From: an uncultured delta proteobacterium
GTDB lineage: Bacteria > Desulfobacterota > Binatia > UBA9968
Reading direction: 5' to 3'
Length of the DNA stretch: 64,000 nucleotides
NCBI GenBank assembly: GCA_963745835.1
Contig: CAVUZH010000018.1
Coordinates: 160,001 to 224,000, forward strand
The notes beneath the pieces were generated by a model, which was not told where the DNA came from, did no database searches, and worked only from the letters and a program-made list of their open reading frames with translations. Below, piece by piece: positions 30,455 through 41,684 of the stretch; position 1 is the first letter of the stretch, and every line of letters starts with the position of its first letter. The position numbers and the translations under genes were made by a program.

Positions 30455-30811
30455 ATGGATCATTCTTATTTTCCTCTGGTCGTTCTATTTGCGCTGGCGG
30501 GATTCGTGGTTCTGGCTCTGCTCTTTATCGCCCAAAAGATCGGCCCAAAATCCAGCAATCCAGCAAAGATGGAGCCGTTTGAGTCGGGCAATCCGCCCAA
30601 AGGCGATGCGCGTATTCGTTTCTCGGTGCGGTTTTACTTAGTCGCTATGCTGTTTTTGATCTTCGATCTGGAAGTTGTGTTTCTTTATCCGTGGGCGATC
30701 TATTTTCGACAGCTGGGACTATTTGGATTAGTTCAAATGGGAATTTTCCTCACCATTCTTACTATCGGTTATGTGTACGTTTGGAAAAAGGGCGCGCTGG
30801 AATGGGACTGA
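30455..30811 (+). CDS. nuoA: NADH-quinone oxidoreductase subunit A
   Basis: PFESG, FYLVAMLFLIFDLE, KGALEWD. Confidence 0.95.
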   Translation: MDHSYFPLVVLFALAGFVVLALLFIAQKIGPKSSNPAKMEPFESGNPPKGDARIRFSVRFYLVAMLFLIFDLEVVFLYPWAIYFRQLGLFGLVQMGIFLTILTIGYVYVWKKGALEWD

Positions 30812-30817
30812 TCGCCG

Positions 30818-31381
30818 ATGCCTGAGACCAGCCCAAGCCTCCAGGACATCCAGGACAAGCTCGGCGCCAAGGTTCTAGAGATTAGCCAGTTCCGCGGCGA
30901 CGACATCATCGTTCTTGACCCGGTGGATTTGAGAGAGAGTTTTCGTATACTGAAAGAAGATCCCAGGCTCCGCTTTGACTTTCTTTCTGACATCACTGCC
31001 GTTGACTACTGGAAAAAGAAAGAACCACGCTTCGAACTGGTTTACCAATTGCTCTGTTTGCAAAGCGGCAAACGATTGCGGGTGCGGGTGCCTGTGTCCG
31101 AGGAGAATGCCGCGATAGAATCGCTGACGCCGCTTTGGCGCGGCGCCAATTTTCTGGAGCGCGAAATTTGGGACTTGTTTGGCATTAAGTTTATCGATCA
31201 TCCGGATCTGCGGCGGATATTGCTGTTTGATGAATTCAAGGGTCATCCATTGCGCAAGGACTACCCGATCAATCAACAACAGCATCGGGTTCCGGAGCGG
31301 AAGGTCGAGGGAACTTTCGTCGACGAACGTTCACACAACAAGCTTTTGCGGTTGAAGAAAACTCTCGGGAGCAAAGATTAA
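30818..31381 (+). CDS. nuoC: NADH-quinone oxidoreductase subunit C
   Basis: ANFLEREIWDLFGI, HPDLRRIL, GHPLRKDYP. Confidence 0.95.
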   Translation: MPETSPSLQDIQDKLGAKVLEISQFRGDDIIVLDPVDLRESFRILKEDPRLRFDFLSDITAVDYWKKKEPRFELVYQLLCLQSGKRLRVRVPVSEENAAIESLTPLWRGANFLEREIWDLFGIKFIDHPDLRRILLFDEFKGHPLRKDYPINQQQHRVPERKVEGTFVDERSHNKLLRLKKTLGSKD

Positions 31382-31382
31382 T

Positions 31383-32589
31383 ATGTCAGTGCCGGAAACG
31401 CACGACAGCGAAAATCTGCCGACGGAAGTCATGGAACTGCAGATGGGTCCATCCCATCCGGCAACCCATGGCACGATCAAATTCAATCTCAAGCTGGAAG
31501 GTGAGAAGGTCCTCGACTGCGATGTCGAAGTCGGTTATCTCCATCGCGGGTTTGCCAAAAGCTGCGAGAACGTGACCTGGACTCAGGTGATTCCTTATAC
31601 GGACCGGCTGAACTATGCGTCGCCGTTAATCAACAATGTCGGTTATGCCCTGGCGGTAGAAAAGCTGATCGGCGTCGAGACGCCGCCGCGGTGTCAGTAT
31701 ATTCGCGTAATCGTCAGCGAGCTGTCGCGTATCTTCGATCATCTTACCTGCTGTGGCATGTGTTGCTCCGAGCTCGGCGCGATCACCGTCGGCTTCTACA
31801 TGATCGAAGCCCGCGAAATGATAACGCGAATAGTTGAGGCCCTCACCGGGGCCCGCTTAACAGTCACTTACGTCCGCGTTGGCGGGGTCAAGCACGACCT
31901 GCCGGCTGGATTTTGCCGAGGAAGGGTCGAGCGCACCTTTAAGATCATTCGCAGGCTGTTGGAGGATTGCGACGGACTCCTGTCGCGCAACCGTATCTTT
32001 ATCGATCGGATGTCCAATATAGGTGTGATTTCGCGGGAGACCGCCATCAGCTATAGCCTGACCGGTCCGATCTTGCGCGCCAGCGGCGTCAACTATGATG
32101 TCCGCAAAACCAATCCCGTATCTGGTTTACGATCAGCTCGATTTTATCGTGCCGCTGGGGACCAAAGGCGACAACTACGATCGCTTCGTCTGCCGCATTC
32201 AAGAAATCGAACAGAGCATGAAGATCGTCGAGCAGGCGCTGAAAAGTCTGCCCGTCGGCCCCGTGTGGATTGAAGATCCGCGCTTCGTGCTGCCGGAGAA
32301 AGAGAAGGTCTACAACAGCATCGAAGGTTTGATGCACCATTTTAAGATCATCATGGAAGGAATCAAGGTGCCGCCCGGAGAAACTTACTTTGCGGTGGAA
32401 GGCGGCAACGGTGAATTGGGCTTTTATCTGGTCAGCGACGGCGCCGGGACGGCCGTATCGCGTGCGAGTGCGCCCGCCCTGTTTCTCGCCATGGGCGCTT
32501 TTCATGAGATGATCAAGGGATACATGATAGCCGACATCGTGCCGACTTTCGGCATGGTCAATATGATCGGTGGGGAATGTGACCGGTAG
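31383..32589 (+). CDS. nuoD: NADH-quinone oxidoreductase subunit D (frameshift near 32118, probable sequencing error)
   Basis: MGPSHPATHG, GYLHRG, DRLNY, GELGFY, GECDR. Confidence 0.92.
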
Positions 32590-32629
32590 AGTCAAAGTAG
32601 AATCGTGTCATCGCGATCTTTCGCGGAAA

Positions 32630-32665
32630 ATGGTCAATATGATCGGTGGAGAATGCGACCGGTAG
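32630..32665 (+). repeat. 36-bp duplicate of the nuoD 3' end
   Basis: Matches 32554-32589 with two synonymous changes (GGG/GGA, TGT/TGC). Confidence 0.9.
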
Positions 32666-32817
32666 CAGCTGCTGAAAAAGACTCATATGCTTCGTTGCGC
32701 TCGTTCGCCTCGCTTCAACGTCTGAAGCGTACGCCTCAGCTCATCGAAGTTCGCGCGCCTCGCCTCTGAGATCTTTTTGAGCAGCCTGCTAGCAGACTTT
32801 TTCAGACAGCGCGTTAG
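32663..32817. mobile_element. Palindromic MITE/REP-like element, copy 2
   Basis: GCTGCTGAAAAAG...CTTTTTGAGCAGCC with a second outer TTTTTCAG end; similar to 16497-16610. Confidence 0.65.
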
Positions 32818-32846
32818 GAGTTGTTTTAATAGAGAAGAATAATCGA

Positions 32847-33324
32847 ATGGCAGTGGAATTTTCTCCGGAAACGCTCGAAAAATTTGAAGAGACGGTGAGC
32901 CGCTACCCAAAGAAAGAGGCGGCGATGCTTGCCAGTCTTGTATCTTGCTCAGCAAGAGTTCGGTTACCTGGGTGCCGAGGCGATTGACTACGTTGCCAGG
33001 CTGATGGGCCAATCGCCTGCCCGGGTGCACGGCGTGGTGAGCTTCTATACCATGTACAACATGAAGCCCATCGGCCGGCACCATATTCAGGTGTGCCGCA
33101 CGTTGTCGTGCGCATTAGGCGGCGCGGAGAAAATCACTGAGCTTCATCAAGACGAAAACTTGGCTATCGAACTCGGGCAGACGACTGCTGACGGGCGATT
33201 CACGTTATCGGAAGTGGAATGCCTGGCCTCGTGCGGAACCGCGCCGATGATGCAAATCAACGATGATTATTACGAAAACTTGAATGAAGAAAAGGTGGCC
33301 GAGATCCTCGATTCTTTGAAATAA
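32847..33324 (+). CDS. nuoE: NADH-quinone oxidoreductase subunit E (frameshift near 32930)
   Basis: MAVEFSPE...RYPKKEAAML joins PVLYLAQ; VCRTLSC, ECLASCGTAP. Confidence 0.92.
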
Positions 33325-33341
33325 TTTCATTCCTGAGAGCT

Positions 33342-34680
33342 ATGGAAAAAATTTTGCTTCGTAACATCGATGCCGCCGATTCGCACACCCTGGCGGCTTA
33401 CCAAGCGCGCGGCGGTTATCGCGCCTGGGAAAAGGTCGTCCGCAGCATGAAGCCGGAGCAGTTGATCGATGAAGTGAAGGCGTCAGGACTCAGAGGCCGG
33501 GGCGGTGCCGGATTTCCCACCGGTATGAAGTGGAGTTTCGTCCCCAAAGACAATCCCAAGCCCAAGTATCTGGTTTGTAACGCCGACGAAAGCGAACCCG
33601 GCACATTCAAGGATCGATTGCTGATCGAGAAAGATCCACACGCGATCATCGAGGGGACGCTGATCGCAGCGTTCGGAATTCAATCGCATACCGCCTTTAT
33701 TTACATCCGCGGCGAAATGGCATTTGGCACTCGGGTGCTGGAACAGGCGGCAGAAGAGGTCAAGCGCGCTGGCTTCATCGGCAAGAATATTTTCGGCTCG
33801 GGCTATGACGTGGATTTGATTGTTCATCGTGGCGCAGGCGCTTATATCTGTGGCGAAGAAACCGCTATGCTTTCGTCGCTCGAAGGCGGGCGCGGCTGGC
33901 CCAAGGTTAAACCGCCGTTCCCGGCAACCCATGGCCTGTTTGGCTGTCCGACCGTGGTCAATAACGTCGAGACCCTGGCGGCGCTGCCGTGGATCATCGA
34001 TCGGGGTGCGGCGGCTTATGCGGCGATGGGCACAGAGAAGAGCAAAGGCACGAAACTCTTTAGCGTCAGCGGGCACATCAGCAAGCCGGGCGTTTACGAA
34101 GTCGAGATGGGATATCCGTTCAAGAAGTTTCTCGAAGAGGATTGCGGCGGCGTGCCCAACGGTAGAAAACTCAAGGGGGTGATTCCCGGCGGCGGTTCGA
34201 TGCCGGTTTTGCGGCCGGAAGAAATCGAAAACGTGAATCTCGACTATGAGTCGGTTCAGGCGGCAGGCAGTTTGCTCGGCTCCGGCGGCGTCATCGTCAT
34301 GGACGACTCCACTTGCATGGTCCGCGCGGCGTGGAACATTGCGCGTTTTTTCGCGCATGAATCGTGCGGGCAATGCAGTCCCTGCCGCGAGGGTTGCCAC
34401 TGGATGGAGAAAATTTTCCATCGCATCGAGCAGGGAGATGGCGACAAAGAGCGATATGGATCTCATTCTCAACGTCAGCGGCAACATTATGGGTAATACG
34501 ATCTGTCCGTTTGGCGATGCCGCCGCCATGCCGGCCGCAGCCTTTATAAAAAAATATCGGGATGAATTTGAGCAGCACATTGTCGACAGAGGCTGCACCG
34601 TAAGAAACGTTCAAGGAAGCATTGGAAGTGTTAGTGTCAGCTCCAATGCTCCACCAAGCTTAAGGCGAAGTTTATCTTTT
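33342..34680 (+). CDS. nuoF: NADH-quinone oxidoreductase subunit F (frameshift near 34448; exact 3' end uncertain)
   Basis: GLRGRGGAGFP, NADESEPG, GAGAYICGEE, ESCGQCSPCREG, NTICPFGDA. Confidence 0.92.
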
Positions 34681-36271
34681 ATGGATCCAGTAAAACTTAT
34701 TATCGACGGCCAAGAGGTCAGCACCGTCAAAGGCAAGACCGTCATTCAGGCGGCGGCCGAGGTGGGGATCGCGATTCCGCATTACTGCTATCATCCCAAG
34801 CTTTCGATCGCCGGCAATTGCCGCATGTGCTTGATCGAAATCGAGAAGATGCCCAAGCTGCAGATCGCCTGCAACACCCAGGTGGCCGAGGGCATGACGG
34901 TGTTGACCCAGAGTCCCAAGGTGTTATCGGTGCGCAAGGCGGTGATGGAATTTCTTCTGATCAATCATCCGGTCGATTGCCCGATTTGCGATCAGGCGGG
35001 TGAGTGCTGGCTGCAGGACTATTACATGAAGCATGACCTGCAGGACAGCCGTTTCAGGAGCGAAAAGAGCATGACCGCAAGCGCGAGATTTTCGGTCCCA
35101 ACGTCGTTTTCGACGGCGAGCGCTGCATCAAGTGCACGCGCTGCGTGCGCTTTCTTGAGGAAATCACTCATACCGGGTGAACTGACCGTCGATAATCGCA
35201 GCGATCATTCGACGATCGCGCTATTTCCCGGCGCGGTTCTCGACAACCCACTGTCGGCCAATGTCGTCGATATCTGTCCCGTCGGCGCGCTGACCGATCG
35301 CGATTTCCGTTTCAAGGTCCGGGTCTGGTATCTGGAAAAAACACCGTCCATTTGTCCCGGTTGCAGCACCGGTTGCAATATCAGCGTTGAAGCCTATCAG
35401 AACCGCATCGCTCGTTTTAAGCCACGGGTTAATGAAGCGGTGAACAGCCACTGGCTGTGCGATGAGGGCCGATACTGTTTCTACGATTTGACCGGCGGTG
35501 AGCGTTTGACTACACCCATGATTCGCCAGGAGGGCGGGCTTGTTCCGACTACCTGGGAGATAGCCCTGCGCGCGGTGGTCAGCGGCCTGCGCTCGGCGGG
35601 TTCGCTGGCGGGAATACTCTCCGGCAGAAACACCAATGAAGAAGCCTTTTTATTCGCCAAGCTGATGAAGAAGCTTTCACCCGCTGCCGGATCTGGAAGT
35701 GTTCTATCAAGAGCGCGAGCTGACCGAAGTGGAAAAGATCCTTATGAGCCCGGATCGTTCGCCTAATTTCCGCGGCGCCGCCGAGATGGGCGTCAGCTCC
35801 AATGGCGGCTTCGAACCTTTGATGCAGAAGCTGGTCGCGGGAAATTATGGCGGCGCCTACGTAGTCGGCGAAGATCTAACGGCCGCAAACGACAATCAAT
35901 CGGAGCTGCGCGCCGCCTTGGGCAAATTATCTTTTCTGGTGGTGCAGGATATCCGCCTTACGGAAACCGCCAAGGCCGCCCATGTGGTTTTGCCTTCAAC
36001 CCACTTCGGTGAAAAAGAAGGAACTTACACCAATCGGAAAGGGCGCGTGCAAAAGCTTAACGCCGCGCTGGTCGCGCCGGAAGGCGCGCTGCAAGATTGC
36101 GAAATCTTCATCCGCTTGCTGGAGTCGGCCGGTGAGAGAGCATCTTACTCGACAGCAGAAGAGATCTTTCAGGCCTTGTCACAGGAAATTCCCTCCTATC
36201 GAGGACTCAATTACGATGTCATCGGCGATCAGGGGATTCAGTTGGGGAGTGGTGGTGCGGACCCGTCATGA
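34681..36271 (+). CDS. nuoG: NADH-quinone oxidoreductase subunit G, short form (several frameshifts)
   Basis: IPHYCYHP, GNCRMC, NHPVDCPICDQAGEC, DICPVGAL, CPGCSTGC, EGTYTNRKGRVQ. Confidence 0.9.
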
Positions 36272-37407
36272 TCGTTGATATCGGCATCGTCGCGATCAAA
36301 GCCTTCCTGGTGCTTTTCATGGTGCTCAATCTGGCCGGAGTGCTCGGTTGGGTCGAGCGCAAGGGCAGCGCGCTTATCCAAGATCGCATCGGCGCTAATC
36401 GGGCGTCGATATTCGGCTTTGCCGGAATGGGGCTTATCAATACGCTTGTTGCCGATCCACTAAAATTTCTAACCAAAGAAGACTTTATTCCGCCGGCTGG
36501 CGACAGGTTCCTGCATACCCTTGCGCCTTGCCTAGCTTTATTTCCTGCTCTAGTAACTTTTGCGGTCATTCCCTTCGGCGACGTTCTTCAGATTGGCGAG
36601 CGCGTGATCAATCTTCAGGTTGCCAATCTCAACGTCGGCATCCTTTATATTTTCGCCATGACCTCTTTGGGCGTTTACGGCCTCGTGATCGGCGCCTGGG
36701 CATCGAACAACAAATTTTCTCTCTTGGGCGGCGTGCGCGGTTCGGCGCAAATGATTTCCTACGAAGTGGCGCTGGGTCTTTCGGTGATCGGTATTCTTAT
36801 GGTTTACGGGACCCTGGACCTTCAGGAGATCGCACGCGGCCAAGGCACTCTGATCAGAGATTTGCTGCCGGATTCGTGGGGGTTTCTAAAAGTCGCTGTG
36901 GGTTGGCTGCCGGCCTGGGGGATCTTCCTGCAGCCGCTGGCGTTCTTACTGTTCTTTACCGCCGCTATTGCTGAAACCAGGCGGATACCGTTCGATTTAC
37001 CCGAAGCGGAGTCCGAATTAGTGGCCGGCTCTCACGTTGAATATTCCGGCGGCAAGTTCCTGATGTTCTTTGCCGCTGAATTTGCGGAGATCGTCACCGT
37101 TGCCGCATTGGTAACGACGCTCTTCTTCGGCGGCTGGCAGGTGCCCTACCTGATGCGCGATGGTTTTCATTTTCCCTGGGGCGGTACCCTACTTCTGCCC
37201 CATTTGGCGGTTGTCCTGCTGCAGGTCGGCGCGTTTACATTCAAAGTGATCCTTTTCTGCTGGCTGCAGATTCTGCTGCGTTGGAGCGTTCCTAGATTTC
37301 GTTACGACCAGGTGATGCGGTTGGGCTGGAAGATGCTCTTGCCGGCGGCGCTGGTGAACGTGATGATCACCGCATTTGTGATTCTATTCATGCAACGCAT
37401 CCCGTAA
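36268..37407 (+). CDS. nuoH: NADH-quinone oxidoreductase subunit H
   Basis: ERK...QDRIGANR, AQMISYE, PFDLPEAESELVAG, PRFRYDQ. Confidence 0.96.
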   Translation: MIVDIGIVAIKAFLVLFMVLNLAGVLGWVERKGSALIQDRIGANRASIFGFAGMGLINTLVADPLKFLTKEDFIPPAGDRFLHTLAPCLALFPALVTFAVIPFGDVLQIGERVINLQVANLNVGILYIFAMTSLGVYGLVIGAWASNNKFSLLGGVRGSAQMISYEVALGLSVIGILMVYGTLDLQEIARGQGTLIRDLLPDSWGFLKVAVGWLPAWGIFLQPLAFLLFFTAAIAETRRIPFDLPEAESELVAGSHVEYSGGKFLMFFAAEFAEIVTVAALVTTLFFGGWQVPYLMRDGFHFPWGGTLLLPHLAVVLLQVGAFTFKVILFCWLQILLRWSVPRFRYDQVMRLGWKMLLPAALVNVMITAFVILFMQRIP

Positions 37408-37411
37408 GGCT

Positions 37412-37906
37412 ATGAGTGGTTCACATATCATTTTTTTCATCGTTGCGGGTTTGCTGATCGTATCATCGGTGTTGGTGGTATTTCAGCGCAACGTGGTTCA
37501 TAGCGCGGTGGCGCTGGTGGCAGCGTTGTTCCTGATTGCTGTTTTGTTCCTGAGCCTGCACGCGCCGATGGTGGGCGTGTTGCAGATCCTGGTCTATGCC
37601 GGCGCCATCATGGTGCTCTTTCTCTTCGTAATAATGCTTTTGAATCCTGTCGGGCTGGAACAGCGCCGCAATCTTTGGTGGGTTGCCGGCAGCGTTTCAG
37701 GCTTGCTTCTGGTCGCGGCATTGGCTCCGATGCTGTTCAATCTCGAGCCCGCCCAGGATCCAATGGTCACCACCGAGCTTTTTGGCAGCCCGGAAGAACT
37801 GGCCAGGAGCCTCTTTACCGACTTTGTTCTTCCGTTTGAAATCGCCTCGGTCTTGCTGCTGGTGGCAATCATTGGCGCCGTGGTTCTGGCGAATAAGGAG
37901 CCGTAA
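37412..37906 (+). CDS. nuoJ: NADH-quinone oxidoreductase subunit J
   Basis: QILVYAGAIMVLFLFVIMLL, PFEIASVLLLVAIIGAV. Confidence 0.95.
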   Translation: MSGSHIIFFIVAGLLIVSSVLVVFQRNVVHSAVALVAALFLIAVLFLSLHAPMVGVLQILVYAGAIMVLFLFVIMLLNPVGLEQRRNLWWVAGSVSGLLLVAALAPMLFNLEPAQDPMVTTELFGSPEELARSLFTDFVLPFEIASVLLLVAIIGAVVLANKEP

Positions 37907-37912
37907 GCGTCC

Positions 37913-38215
37913 ATGGTGCCGCTGGATTACTATCTGGTTCTGAGCGCGATCATATTCGCCATCGGCGTTGTCGGCGTTCTCATCCGCCGCAACCTGATTG
38001 TTGTGTTGATGTCGATCGAGCTTATGCTCAACGCGGTAAATCTCACGTTTGTCGCTTTTTCCAACTCGCTGGGTTCCATGGACGGACAGGTGATTGTTTT
38101 TTTTGTCATGGCCGTGGCTGCCGCCGAAGCAGTAGTGGGACTGGCCATCATTATTTCGGTGTTTCGCCATCGCCAATCGCTCGACCCCCAGGAGATGCAG
38201 CTTCTTAAATGGTAG
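37913..38215 (+). CDS. nuoK: NADH-quinone oxidoreductase subunit K
   Basis: [23 protein letters not shown]. Confidence 0.96.
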   Translation: MVPLDYYLVLSAIIFAIGVVGVLIRRNLIVVLMSIELMLNAVNLTFVAFSNSLGSMDGQVIVFFVMAVAAAEAVVGLAIIISVFRHRQSLDPQEMQLLKW

Positions 38216-40134
38216 CCTCGACCGCCACTGTTGCCGCTTTGGATGTGCTGCGCTGGATTCCGTTGATCCCGCTGAGCGCCGGCCTGCTCAATGTCTTTTT
38301 CGGGCGAAGGCTGGGCAGCAAGACAGCCGGCGGTATCGCTACAGCTGCGGTCGGCGTTTCTTTCGGCCTGGCGCTTTATGTCTTTTGGCGGCTCCCAGCC
38401 ACAGGTATTTTCCGCGATCTTTGGTACACCTGGATCGAATCAGGTTCCTTCCAGGTCAATATCGCCTTTCAAGTCGACGCCCTGTCCGCAGTAATGCTTC
38501 TAATCGTCACCGGCGTCGGTTTCCTTATTCATATCTATTCCCTGGGTTACATGGCCCATGACGACGGCGTGGCGCGCTTTTTCATTTATTTAAACCTGTT
38601 CATTTTTTTCATGTTGCTGTTGGTGATGGCTGACAATCTGCTTCTGCTGTTTGTCGGTTGGGAAGGCGTGGGTCTGTGCTCCTATCTGCTGATCGGTTTT
38701 TGGTACCAAGATCCGAAAAACGTTATAGCCGGCAATAAAGCGTTCATCGTTAATCGCATCGGCGATTTCGGTTTCATATTGGGCATTTTTCTCCTGGTCA
38801 CGGAATTAGGCAGGCAGGGGATTTGGACTCTCGATTTTACCGAGCTGCAAAAGCATGTTCAGATGATTACGCCGGCGAAGATCACTCTGATCACTCTGCT
38901 TCTGTCCGTCGGAGCAGCCGGCAAATCGGCGCAGATCCCACTATTTGTTTGGTTACCCGATGCCATGGCCGGCCCGACTCCGGTTAGCGCGCTGATCCAT
39001 GCGGCGACCATGGTAACCGCCGGGGTCTATATGGTCGCTCGCCTGCACTTCTTGTTTATCATGGCGCCGTATACCCTGCCGATCATTGCGGTGGTTGGCG
39101 CAGCCACCGCCTTCTTCGCCGCAACCGTGGCGCTCGCTCAAAATGACATCAAAAAAGTTCTCGCCTATTCCACGGTCAGTCAACTCGGTTATATGTTTTT
39201 GGCGGTGGGCATAGGCGCATTTAGCGCGGCAATTTTCCATTTGTTCACCCACGCCTTCTTCAAAGCCTGTCTGTTTTTAGGTTCCGGCAGTGTGATTCAT
39301 GCGCTGCACGGTGAACAAGACATGCGCAAGATGGGCGGTTTGAAAAGCGCCTTGCCGCAAACTTACTGGACCTATCTGATCGCGACCCTGGCGATTGCGG
39401 GGATACCGTTTACGGCCGGTTTTTTTTCCAAGGACCTGATTCTCTGGAAGGCATTCGAAGATGAATCGTACGGTTTATGGTCCATCGGCATCATCACTGC
39501 CGGCTTGACCGCTTTCTATATGTTCCGGCAACTGTTCATGGTTTTCCATGGCAGTTTAAGAGCCGACGATCATACCAAAGCGCATCTTCATGAATCGCCG
39601 CCGCTCATGACCGTGCCTCTGGTGATCCTCGCCGTGGGCTCGATCTTCAGCGGCTGGTTGGGCGCGCCGGAATATTTATGGGGCAGCGTCTGGGATCAAT
39701 GGCTGCAACCGGTTTTCGGCGGCAGCCATTCGGCGGAGCATGCCCCGGTTACCACGGAACTCCTGGTTACGGCGATAACCCTAGCGGTCGTTGCGCTCGG
39801 CATCTATCTGGCGTACGCCAGGTACGGCCGCGCCGAAGCAGCCGTGCCCGCTACTGCGGATGGCACAGGGCTCTACCGGCTGCTGCTCGACAGTTACCAC
39901 ATCGATGACGCTTATGATCGGCTGGTTGTGCGGCCGTTTACAGCCGCTTCGGATTGGGCGGCTCGAGTTTTTGATCCTGGCGTGATCGATGGCTTGGTCA
40001 ACGGCGTGGCGAAATTGATAAGAGGCTTTAGCCTTATCTGGCGTGAATCTCAGACCGGCAATATCCAGCACTATCTAATCGGCTTTCTCGCTGGAACTTT
40101 GGCCCTACTTTTTTATTATCTACGACAGCAATAG
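38209..40134 (+). CDS. nuoL: NADH-quinone oxidoreductase subunit L
   Basis: [41 protein letters not shown]. Confidence 0.96.
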   Translation: MVASTATVAALDVLRWIPLIPLSAGLLNVFFGRRLGSKTAGGIATAAVGVSFGLALYVFWRLPATGIFRDLWYTWIESGSFQVNIAFQVDALSAVMLLIVTGVGFLIHIYSLGYMAHDDGVARFFIYLNLFIFFMLLLVMADNLLLLFVGWEGVGLCSYLLIGFWYQDPKNVIAGNKAFIVNRIGDFGFILGIFLLVTELGRQGIWTLDFTELQKHVQMITPAKITLITLLLSVGAAGKSAQIPLFVWLPDAMAGPTPVSALIHAATMVTAGVYMVARLHFLFIMAPYTLPIIAVVGAATAFFAATVALAQNDIKKVLAYSTVSQLGYMFLAVGIGAFSAAIFHLFTHAFFKACLFLGSGSVIHALHGEQDMRKMGGLKSALPQTYWTYLIATLAIAGIPFTAGFFSKDLILWKAFEDESYGLWSIGIITAGLTAFYMFRQLFMVFHGSLRADDHTKAHLHESPPLMTVPLVILAVGSIFSGWLGAPEYLWGSVWDQWLQPVFGGSHSAEHAPVTTELLVTAITLAVVALGIYLAYARYGRAEAAVPATADGTGLYRLLLDSYHIDDAYDRLVVRPFTAASDWAARVFDPGVIDGLVNGVAKLIRGFSLIWRESQTGNIQHYLIGFLAGTLALLFYYLRQQ

Positions 40135-40136
40135 TT

Positions 40137-41684
40137 ATGTTTCGATTGCCGGGCGATATTAGTCTACTCCTCCTACTGCCTCTGATGGGCGCCTTGGTGC
40201 TACTGCTGGTTCCGCGGCAGCAGCGGCAAACGCTGTTAACTCTAGCTCTGCTTGCGAGCATCGCCGCCTTTGTCTGGTCGTTGCGCCTGTTTCAGGCTTT
40301 CGACCCCGGCGCGGGCGAAATGCAGTTCGTCGAAAGAATCCCCTGGATGCCGGCCTTCGGCATCGGCTATATCGTCGGCATCGACGGCATCAGTCTGTTT
40401 CTAGTTTTGCTGACGACGTTTCTCATGCCCTTGGCGATTGTCGCCTCCTGGACGGTGCAGGACAGAATCAAGGAGTATCTTTTCTTCATGCTGGTCTTGG
40501 AAACCGGCATGCTCGGCGCATTCGTAGCGCTCGATCTTTTTCTTTTTTACGTATTTTGGGAAGTGATGCTGGTGCCGATGTACTTTCTCATCGGCGTATG
40601 GGGCGGCACCCGGCGGATTTACGCCGCGCTGAAGTTTGTCGTTTACACCATGGCCGGCAGCTTGCCCATGCTGGTGGCGATTATTTATCTGGCCAGCCGT
40701 TATGCTCATGTGAATCAGGTCATGACTTTCGACTTGTTGCAGCTCTACAATTTGCGCTTGCCTGTCAACGAGCAAATCTGGCTCTTCCTGGCCTTTGGTT
40801 TGTCCTTCGCCATCAAAGTGCCGCTCTTTCCGTTTCACACCTGGTTGCCCGATGCTCACGTCGAGGCGCCCACGGCCGGGTCGGTGATCCTCGCGGGGGT
40901 CCTGCTGAAGATGGGCACCTACGGGTTTTTGCGTTTTGCGATGCCGTTATTCCCCGACGCGGCGCTGATCCTGACCCCGATGATCATCGCGCTGGCGGTA
41001 ATCGGCATCATCTACGGCGCCGGCGTGGCGATGATGCAACCGGATTTGAAGAAACTAGTGGCTTACTCTTCGGTCAGCCACCTGGGTTTTGTCATGTTGG
41101 GGCTGTTCGCTCTCAATATCCAAGGCATTCAGGGCGGGATCTATCAGATGGTCAGTCACGGCCTCTCCACCGGAGCGTTGTTTCTTTTGGTCGGCATGCT
41201 CTACGATCGGCGTCATACGCGCATGATCGCCGACTTCGGCGGGTTGTGGCACCAACTGCCGGTATTTTCCGTGTTATTTCTGATTGTCACATTCGCATCC
41301 ATCGGCTTACCCGGGTTGAACGGCTTCATCGGCGAATTTTTAATCCTACTGGGAGCTTTTAGCGTCAAACCGGGATGGACCGCCGCTGCGGCGAGCGGCG
41401 TCATTCTCGGCGCCATCTATATGCTCTGGATGTTTCGGCGGGTGTTTTTCGGACCGATGACCCATCCTGAAAACCAGAAGCTTAGCGATCTGAATCGCCG
41501 TGAGCTGCTCATTCTCGCTCCGGTTATCGCGCTGATCATCATCATGGGAATTTATCCGCAACCTTTTCTGAGCCGGATGAAGCCTTCTGTCGATGTTACC
41601 TTGCAAAGAATCCTTGGCTCGCAAACTGCGCCTGTCGCTACCAATCATGCAACCAGCGGAGAGATAAGCAGCGATGGACGTTAA
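40137..41684 (+). CDS. nuoM: NADH-quinone oxidoreductase subunit M
   Basis: FWEVMLVPM, PFHTWLPDAHVEAPT, LVAYSSVSH. Confidence 0.96.
   Translation: MFRLPGDISLLLLLPLMGALVLLLVPRQQRQTLLTLALLASIAAFVWSLRLFQAFDPGAGEMQFVERIPWMPAFGIGYIVGIDGISLFLVLLTTFLMPLAIVASWTVQDRIKEYLFFMLVLETGMLGAFVALDLFLFYVFWEVMLVPMYFLIGVWGGTRRIYAALKFVVYTMAGSLPMLVAIIYLASRYAHVNQVMTFDLLQLYNLRLPVNEQIWLFLAFGLSFAIKVPLFPFHTWLPDAHVEAPTAGSVILAGVLLKMGTYGFLRFAMPLFPDAALILTPMIIALAVIGIIYGAGVAMMQPDLKKLVAYSSVSHLGFVMLGLFALNIQGIQGGIYQMVSHGLSTGALFLLVGMLYDRRHTRMIADFGGLWHQLPVFSVLFLIVTFASIGLPGLNGFIGEFLILLGAFSVKPGWTAAAASGVILGAIYMLWMFRRVFFGPMTHPENQKLSDLNRRELLILAPVIALIIIMGIYPQPFLSRMKPSVDVTLQRILGSQTAPVATNHATSGEISSDGR

Noticed and set aside
31383-32589. 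NuoD as a NiFe-hydrogenase large subunit because of the TCCGMCC cysteines
   Set aside because: It lacks the N-terminal RxCxxC and C-terminal DPCxxC Ni-binding motifs and has canonical NuoD motifs.
33483-34598. Long antisense ORFs (this one, 10568-11332, 15443-16225, 49343-49999 and similar)
   Set aside because: Shadow ORFs opposite well-supported genes in GC-rich DNA, with no recognisable motifs.
31383-36271. Frameshifts in nuoD/E/F/G as programmed frameshifting or pseudogenisation
   Set aside because: Single-base indels, some locally compensating (e.g. the GRPYRVRVRPPCF region of nuoD), in core genes with intact motifs are best explained by read errors; the same applies to the DHH, GT2 and amidohydrolase shifts.
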